From Trichoplax adhaerens (lineage: Eukaryota; Animalia; Placozoa), in contig NW_002060949.1 in assembly GCF_000150275.1 (NCBI RefSeq), positions 4,284,449-4,348,448 of the forward strand: a stretch of DNA of 64,000 nucleotides. Direction: 5' to 3'. Below the pieces are notes generated by a model. That model saw only the letters and a list, made by a program, of their open reading frames with translations, was not told the DNA's origin and did no database searches. The translations under genes and the position numbers were made by a program. Below are positions 51,349 through 64,000 of the stretch, in pieces (within the stretch, counting starts at the first letter, position 1; each line of letters opens with the position of its first letter).

Positions 51349-53829
51349 GCTGTTGTTGTTGTTGAGGCTGATGTTGGCCGTGCTGCATTGGTACAGACTG
51401 TACCCTAAGGTAAGGCATTTGTGACATAGTAGGATGAACCTGTATATCAAATATGAGTGGCATCATTGAAAAGACTCCCAACAAAATCTACTTGTTAACG
51501 ATACTACCGCAGTATTCAACTAATACAGTATAATGACTTTGAAAATACTTTTACATATCATCACCTGATATTGAATTTCGCCTTGCTCATGCATTTGATT
51601 ATTACCCTGTGGAATACCCTAGTATAACAGTTTTTAACGTTATCATATGATGACAGAAAGTTAAATATTATATTTATATTGCGTTTATACCATGGGCATA
51701 TTAGGAGTAACGGACTGCAGTGTATTATGCAAAGTCGTTGGTATGCTAACAACATGCTGTTGGTTCGATTGAGATGAAAGGTGCTGTTGAGCCTGTGGAT
51801 GCGGCTGCTGCGATTGCTGTGGTTGCTGTTGTTGGATTTGTTGTTGTTGTTGTTGTTGCATTTGTACAGCATGAGATTGAGCTAACTGGAAATAGTACTG
51901 AACCTGATCCGCAGCCATCATAGGTTGCCTAATTTCCTCCTAGCGTGCAGGTATAAAAATTTAAGCTAAATAATCGAACGTAAAATGTTATCTCATACAT
52001 GATCAGCGTTTACCTACCTGTCGTTTTGGAGTTTTTAACTCGTCGCGAGGAACGATGTCAATAAGAAAATCAAACTGATCGAATTTTGTAATAGCCATTG
52101 CAATGTCATTTTTCTAATAAGTCACGAATTATAGCACAAATATGTTAATAACGAGAAGTGGATAAAATAGTACCGGGTATTATAATACTATCGATGCAGC
52201 ATTAACACAAAATGATTTAAATTGATAGCTAAGGTTAAGACAGATCTAAATAATTACTAATTCCTTAAATCATATTAAATTTTTTTGATTTATAGTTATA
52301 CCACAAAGAAAAAACAGTCTAATGGATACCTGTAATGTCCTTCTTTTGTTATCTTCAGTATGTACCCAAGCCCTCAGTGTTAGCTCACTGACGAACATTT
52401 GTGCAGCTTTTGCGAACAGTACAGGAGCCTAAAATAGCCGTTAGAACCTTAGAGTACGTTTACTAATTGAGTTAGCAAAGCAACTCATTGTTGCACTATG
52501 ATACAGATTGCTTCGTAATGGATAGCGTTAATACGAGTTCTATCCAATTAGTACATAATTATAAGACAAACATTAGTTATCAAACACTTCAAGTGCCAAT
52601 GGTCGTCCACATAATTCTAGGGATGGTACTTAATCCATGTTATTGACCTTACCTCAGCACTAATCATCTATTAAATTGAATAAAAGAAGCCCATTAGAGC
52701 AATAATGGATATAGCTATCTTACGATATCTAGATTAATTCTAAATATAAAAATACTTGCAAAGGAAATTTTATCATGTTAACCTTGACATCTTCATCCTG
52801 CTTCATAATTTTCTTAATTCGAGCCAAAGGCAGCTCTTGCACCTTAAATTCGACCGGCCCCTAAACATTGCATAAGTGTATCTAAATATTCTATCTACTA
52901 TTATAATATGCACCTGGCCAGATTTATTTAAAAGGCAACGATGCAATAACTTTTAACTACAGGCGCAATGTAAAAATTTATTGTGAATATTTATGATTAC
53001 AGTATACGCGTATATCTCTTATATTGTAAGGTTACTGTAAAAAAGGGAATAGGTACTTTAACATTGGCTAACGGGTGTAGCTTTTGATGCTTGATAGGGA
53101 AGGTTTTATTAGGCGATAGGCTAATGTTAATATAGTACATATCGTTTTTATTTATATTATACTAAGACACAATAACAAGTTTTCAGCATGCAAGATACTT
53201 ACCATATTTCGAATTTCTTGTTGCTGCCGCTGCCAAAAATTGTTTAGTGTTTGCTGTGCATCGGTCTAATGTAAATGGTTCAACAGGCAAAAGTTAAATC
53301 GTTCGATGTAGGTACAAAGGATACATTGACACTAAATAAACATCGTTCAACTGAACTGCTGTATGCATTATAATTATGCTTCTAAAGTATATCTACAGTA
53401 GATATACGCATAAGGATTTCAATCAAACCAAGGTAAGAAAAATACCGTATTATCAAAGCTACAGGAATATCATTTTACCAATATTCGATTTAATGGCCAA
53501 ATACTATAAGAACGGCATATATGCTTAAATAGTGCAAGAACTGCATATACCATCAAGAGGTACTATAAATAAGTGAGAGGATTTACTACGAAATCGATGA
53601 TGAGAAGGGATCTGGACTGATTTAAAAACTCGACTGTTGTCAATTAAACGGAATTCTTTAAGATATAGATTTCCTGTTGTACACAGTAGTCTTAACAGTT
53701 CTAAATATTACAGAAAGTAATACTTTTACATTTCGTGAAAGATCCCTCTTTCAATTTCGCTAGGGATCTCTCGTAAAAGAACTTTATCTTGATTACAATC
53801 TTACATACCTGATTGTATTGTTCACTCAT
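51036..53829 (-). CDS. NFYC: Nuclear transcription factor Y subunit gamma
   Basis: Histone-fold exons read [19 protein letters not shown] / MISAE / [33 protein letters not shown] / [26 protein letters not shown], followed by a Q-rich C-terminus with [10 protein letters not shown]. Confidence 0.95.
51305..51364 (-). repeat. CAA/CAG microsatellite encoding Q20 in NF-YC
   Basis: 60-nt (ttg/ctg)n tract on the + strand. Confidence 0.95.
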
Positions 53830-55609
53830 GTTTTTTCCTAAGCGCGCCTTGCTTTAACCGTCTATAATACGGAAAATCAGCATACTGTAAGCATATACTT
53901 GTATATCACTACTAGCTCGAGATATGCCATCAGAAATATACAAATTAAGATACAATTTTGACATAATAAATTTTGGCTAGAAGTGTATTACTGTAATGAT
54001 CAATACTTCATCAGCAAATGTATGGATAGCGTTTTATACTTTATTTATTAAATACTGGACAGGTACCGTCATCAATCCTATTTGGAGTTGGAAAATGGCG
54101 GTTTACAAAATTCTGGTGCAATTTAGTTAACTTAATACTGTATTATGCGGCTTAAACTGTAATAGAGCCATTTATTTATAACTTGATATTTTAACTACTA
54201 TAAAAATAAGAGGGCTGGTGTCACTTTGAAGCTGCCCGATGATATCGACTTTATTTTGAATTGTTGCTTATCCCAATTCCAAAGGTTACAAATGCTGGTA
54301 AATATGACTAGCGGTACAAATAATACATTATAACGTTACATCAATACAATTAAAAGGGTCAACAGTGATAGTATTGAAAGCTAACATTATTGCCAACAAT
54401 CTACGTAGGACGTACAGTATAGTAATAGGAGTCGCATTAAAAGCATTACTACTTGAATACTGTTCTATCACATAAACACAGTCCATTTGGCATCAGATGC
54501 AGTTCAAAAAGCAAGTTATTAAGAATATTCGATGTTTGGTAAAGTTTGACAAATAGCTCTGTCCGTTATACACAGGTCACGCAATCGTGATTGAGACAAG
54601 CTATCGTCGGCGTAGAAAAACGGGGGGAGGATAGAGCAAAATATTAGTAATAGTTGCTTCGAGTTTAGGAAGTGTATATGTATGCGTACAATGACAACAT
54701 ACGATTATAGTCGTACGGTAAAGAATTTCTACTCCTATTTGCTAATAGCAATCATAAGCAAATCGAGTTATGATTTAGGACTACGTAGTGTGCGTAGGAT
54801 CTTCTCTGTTGTTATCGAATGATACATAACAGAAATTTAAAGATCAATAAAAAAATACTACCACAATATCAAAAATGATTCTTGGTAATGTTGATTGTTG
54901 AGTCTAGTATACCATGAGTCGTTTTAATGTCGTATTTTACGAATTAGTCAAGAAACCATTATGACAGTTTAACAGGGGACATGAGTGAATGAGAATATTC
55001 AGGTTGACCATTAGTTTCAAGAACTAGATGGCTTCATTTACTAATGACTGTTGCACTGTCGGTTGCATTACTTTACTGTATGCAGTAGAAATAGTTACGA
55101 GTACTGTACTACTGTGTATATAGAGACCTAAAAAGAGAGAGACACATCTATGACTTCTTTGCTTTGAGTTAAAACAGTAATCCTAAAATCAACGGATTGT
55201 ATTTTCTATTTAATCTATTCGATTGCTAGCCTACAAGCACTATTGTTACAGATATTATAAATTCTTGTACGCGGTCTTTTGCATCATCCATGACTTACTA
55301 TTCTATTCGATTGCTACCTCTATTTTACCATGATGGAAAGATTAGTAAACCCGCCTTAAGACACACAGAGTGATGTGACTTTTGCATCGTTCAAGAACAT
55401 TTTAATCAAGCATCGTACTCTATGGTTAAGAACTAACCAAATGTTCTTATACTTTACCGTGTTCAGGCTATCTTTGATATCATGAAATGAGATGTTGCAA
55501 AGCTCTATTTGTTAATAATGGACCCAGTTGAATGTTGATAAATTATTCCTCAATATTGATTTCTTTCTTTTCTATCTCCAACTTTCCAGTAACCGTTTGT
55601 ATTGTTAAA

Positions 55610-56660
55610 CCCTACAGTACAGTACTCGCATTCATACACAGTACTGTAGTGCTACCGCAACTGGTACAGTACTATCTTGCGTCCTGTACTGTACGTACAG
55701 TACTGTACGGTAAAGAGAAGAGAAGCACTGTAGTGACCGTACTGTCCGTGTACGGTATGGTACGGTACGGCGCGGAATGAAACGGTACGGTATGGTACAG
55801 TACATTACAATAGGGGACAAACTTGTAGAGGTGTACACTGTACAGTACTGTTGTCCTGTGTTTGTTTACCCACCGGTACACTGAGAGTGACTGAGTGTAC
55901 GTACACTCTTCCTGTCAGGGACTACCACACAATTTTTTCCCATTCCAAATCCTCAAAATCTCAATTCTAAAATACTGTTAAGAACTAAGATACTGAGTTA
56001 CAGTATGTCACGGACCACTGATTGAATAAGTACAGTACTGTATGTCCAGCAACGACCGCTAAAAAGAAGAGAAGTATAGCACAATACTGCCTGTGTTGAA
56101 GTCACTTTAAATTTTTCCAATTTTAAAATGAACCCTATGGGTTTCGAGAAACGTATACTCAGAGTGTTTCTTTATCTATTTTATATATCGTGACCAGTAC
56201 GAGTGCCAGCAACATTTAGACTTGAAAACATAACGGAAGCGAGTCATTGCGATACTGAGATCAGCCATGGACTACTAGAAGAAAGAAAATCTTCTAGTAA
56301 ATCTTCTTCTAGTAGTCCATGCGTATTCTTCATTCCTGGAGTGGGTTGAATAAAACTCGACCCACGTGTACCATGACTGTAAATGTACAGTACAAAACAG
56401 TATTGGATAATTTCAGTAGTGTGTGCTAGTTTGCCTTCCTTGCCCTAAATTCAGGCTGTTGTACCATTCTGAGTATGGTAAGTTAGCACTCTTTTTACAG
56501 TACGTACTGTACCTTAATGGGCTGTACTGTGCACTGTAGACTGTACCGTACAGTACGTTTATGGCGGGATTCTGTCCAGTACTGTATTGTAGTGTACTGT
56601 ACAGTACAGTACTGTAATGTACTGTACAGTATATCAAGATAGCTTTGCACTGTACTCACT
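55610..56660. repeat. TACAGTA/TACTGTA arrays in the NFYC-HARS divergent promoter
   Basis: Two dense patches (~55610-55905 and ~56495-56660), one facing each gene. Confidence 0.85.
56266..56321. repeat. Perfect 18-bp inverted repeat CATGGACTACTAGAAGAA...TTCTTCTAGTAGTCCATG
   Basis: Arms at 56266-56283 and 56304-56321. Related copies occur at 31172, 31348 and 57368. Confidence 0.85.
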
Positions 56661-56728
56661 TGATGCATTCCAGTACTGGAGAGTGTCCGTATTTCTATCA
56701 CTCAACCTTTCCGGAAGGGTGTAAAATC

Positions 56729-60548
<3,820 letters not shown>

Positions 60549-60911
60549 TGTCGGTGAAGAATTATTCGATATTAAACATCTGTGATACTAAATATACAAA
60601 AATGAATGAACATATTAACATGAATCGAATGAAGAATGTATACAATTTTAGACTGTATAAAAACCAAAGGTGCTCCGAATATTTGTACGTACAATATATT
60701 TGACAAGATATTTTAATAAACATGACGCCAAGCTGCTCATTATGCACGAAAACATTGGTCTTGTCATCGGACATTATTCAGCTACTTAGAAATGTAGGAT
60801 AAACTATTATAAAATGTGCAGTATTAATTTACGTACAGGCTATATGTCTTAGCTTAAATTGTACGATAATAGCTTACGTACAGTATGTACGTTTAGTCAT
60901 GTGTTCACTGT

Positions 60912-63900
60912 TCAGTGATTAGAACTGTTAGGCTTAGGTATCATTGTTCTCTTATTGCGATACGGAATCTTGGATGCTTTAGAGGTATCTGTAAGTTTGC
61001 TAGCAGGAGAATTAGTTGCTGAATGCAACGAATTATTTAACGATTGTTGACTTCCACAACTAATAGTAGATTTTACGTCATCGGATAAATTAGATTGACT
61101 CTCTGCTCTTTGCGTCAGAGTGCTAAATTCAGAACCTGCATCAGACATGTCGTCATCGCTACCTACTGGTGTATAAATATATCTCCTAAATTTGGATGTC
61201 GCTTCTCGAGGCGACTTCATTGAGGTCTTAAACCCTTGCATCGACTGGTGTACACCGTCTGCTAATATAAACTTCTCTTTTAATTCTTTCTTCGCCGCAG
61301 CACCTAATTAAAAACAAATCAAATACGTTAAAAGCAAAAATTTATCACTTTTAAGACTTCTTTCTAAGTTTTCAGTTATTACTGACTTCTGCACGGATCG
61401 TTTTTAGATAGAAAGACTGATAATTCTTCCCAACCACCTCCAACACGGACCATGACAGAGTTTCGCAAAATTCTGACAAGCCTGAGTTTTTGTGATTCAC
61501 CAAACTAACGTAGCAAAGCACATTTTAAAAAATTTATCCATTAGGGATATTAATTAAGTAACGAATTTAGATTTTTACTACTGTTTTCTTATAAATTTTA
61601 AATAATCCATTTAAAATTAGTTACACTACGAAATTTGAAAACTACTGTGTATACCCTATATTTTCCTTCTCCAGCGCGAGAGACACGAAACGGTTTCATA
61701 CATTTACAATCAGCTACCAGTCGTAATATCTATTAGTAAAGAATATAATAATGATTAATCACTATAAAATGGTGTTAAAAAATCACTATCTACGCATACG
61801 TATCGATAGTTCGATACGCGTCTACTTGTAGTAAGAAGCCTGTGAAGGTAACAGGATTAAAAAGGAAAAAGCATTATGATTTTTCTATTATGAATGATGT
61901 AAGTTACTTCCACAAGTGGCACTCCACATTACAATATTAGTGTCTAGCGTACAACATTAAACAATTTACCGAACGATGAAACTATGGTGGTTAAAGTACG
62001 AGTTTACAGACGTTATAATATTTATATCTAAACGCAGTTGCTAGAGTTTTGAGATTTATACCGGAAATTGTAAGCTAAGTCAAGAAAAATATTCCATGAT
62101 GATCTAGAATCATAGTCATCGTGGTCTGTATTGGCAGAAATTTGTAGTATAACGCTAACCATAGCAATCCCATTTTGACTAACTCATAGAGTCGAACCAA
62201 AGTAAAAGATAAATAACATCATTGTTTCTTACCTCAGTATCGATTTTTTCTGCGTCAGTTTTGGGCTGCTTGAACTAATTATATCAAAGATACTTAGTTA
62301 ATAGCGCGTTTAGGTAAAATTTTTAACTACCATAATTCCAACATTCCCATTCCAAAATCAAATGAACAACTTACCGCTGACGGCCTAAGGGAACCAAGAA
62401 ATTCCTTAGTGTCTATAAATCCATTCTTATCGAATCGATTGGCAACACATTCCATCTCCGTCTCTGATGTGCTACAACCTGTCAAAATTTAGGTTAATGA
62501 AAGTTATACAATTGCAATGGGTATTGCTATTATGGTAACTGATTCAATTTTCATAAACTGTATGACAATGTCTAAAGTAACCAACTTACCATTGTCTATA
62601 AAAGCTCTAACAAAATTATTCCTGTAAATTTTGTTGTTATTGCTAATGGGTCGCAGGAATTCGTTTACTTTTGCTACTTTATCATTAAAGTGTCTCATAA
62701 CCTTCACATTCGTCATATGGATCAAGAATTAATACTTCAATTGAATATTTTAAGTAGAACAAAGATAGTTCAAAATTTAAGATACATTACCCCTTTTCTC
62801 CATACATCCCAGTCAAAAGTTTGTTTCATCTTTTGCTAAACAGCAAAAATAAAAATTAGAAGAAACGTACAAGGAATTCAACAGAGATAATCAATATATT
62901 TTATAAATAGACCTTTTAATTTTAAAAAAATTGAGTGCAGAGTTGATACGTAATACACTAACATCTCATTTACTAGAATTTATCACATTAAAGAACTATT
63001 TGCTAATCTTTACCAAAGCCTGATCATATAGCATCTTTTGCAGTTTTATTCCCTTCTTTTCTACTAATTTTTCTAAATTATTCCATCCGCTGTTGACATT
63101 CTTAAGACGAGTAGAAGCCACGTTATTTGAGTCATGATTAATTTTTTTTGCCGTAATTGGTATAAAGCTAGCACCACGTCGAATCTTATTTAATGATGCA
63201 GTTGTATTTCTAATGACACCGTATTTATTTGCCATAGTACGTTCGAAAGCCTACAATAATTGAAAATTCCATATATCATAATATAGTCATATAGTACTGC
63301 ATAGTACGTATACATCGATTACTTTCGCAACAGTAACTTAATCTAGCGTATTAGGCGTGATAAGTATTAATAAGATTATAAATATCGGAAGCAAACAAAA
63401 GTCAGTAATCAATTGAAAGTTACGCTTTAAAATTTACTACCATAGCAAAATAAGTTCTACAATCAATACAAGCGTAAGTTAGGTCTGGCAATAATTGTGG
63501 AACATCGCAAAATTATATACTTTCGACAGTACATATTCGCTTGAAAGGCTATTGCGGTATTAATACGACGAAAGCGCATAGCAATACTGATATCGAATAT
63601 ATTGCTATCGATTCCTATCATCTTAAATCAATTAGATTTCCAAAAATCAAATATATCATTGTAAGATATCTAATATGAAAGTACAAATACTGTTACTAGC
63701 ATTTGCTTCTGTTTTCTAGCTAAGCTTGCTATGTCATTAACAGGAATTAAAATCTTAGCATCAGATTCCTATTGGCAATGCCTAGATGCCTCAAATTTGT
63801 AATGGTATAGTAGATCATAATTGATAGGACTGCTTAACCCTTTAATTACGATATCATTAATTGTTTATAATATAGCACACATACGTACGTATTTGATATC

Positions 63901-64000
63901 AATAATTAATAACTTTAATTCTTTTACTACATTCAAAGTATTCAAAAACTACAATGGCATTATCTTTTACAGTTAACTTACCTTGTGTTGTTCAATTAAT
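60912..64000 (-). CDS. Spectraplakin (MACF1/dystonin/Short stop family), 3' part only
   Basis: Contains the last spectrin repeat (LIEQHK|AFERTM...WNNL), FDWDVWRK, an EF-hand-like region, and the GAS2/GAR domain CKCMKPFRV...[29 protein letters not shown]...KNDPCR. Ser-rich tail contains SKIP. The gene continues beyond the window. Confidence 0.88.

Noticed and set aside
52114-52329. NFYC intron with U12-like donor GTATCCAT
   Set aside because: No convincing U12 branch point at the proper distance, and a strong CAG| exon end supports ordinary U2 splicing.

Overview
This is an AT-rich, intron-dense, gene-dense animal locus with short (~70-150 nt) GT-AG introns. Gene content and architecture suggest a placozoan such as Trichoplax (inference, not verified). 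Exons were assembled by hand. Genes in order: DNAAF2/kintoun (-), WASHC5/strumpellin (+), an intronless orphan two-TM ORF (-), USP14 (-, 3' end lost in a 50-N gap), a CIB1-like EF-hand gene (+), ornithine decarboxylase (-), KLF10/11 (+), COPS5 (-), RAB23 (+), intronless PEX13 (+), NF-YC (-), histidyl-tRNA synthetase (+), and the 3' end of a spectraplakin (-). Main hidden features: (1) a spliced, AUU-initiated 46-codon upstream ORF in the ODC leader ending ...NFEPEWDPS*, a PEW variant of the polyamine-sensing PPW-x-PS* uORF that the ORF track misses; (2) two alternative first coding exons in HisRS, one encoding a mitochondrial presequence-like peptide; (3) dense TACAGTA/TACTGTA arrays upstream of essentially every gene start; (4) a family of small ATGG...CCAT-bounded palindromes; (5) an ODC-KLF10/11 adjacency that mirrors the human ODC1/KLF11 and AZIN1/KLF10 linkages. 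No rRNA, tRNA, CRISPR array or transposase was found.
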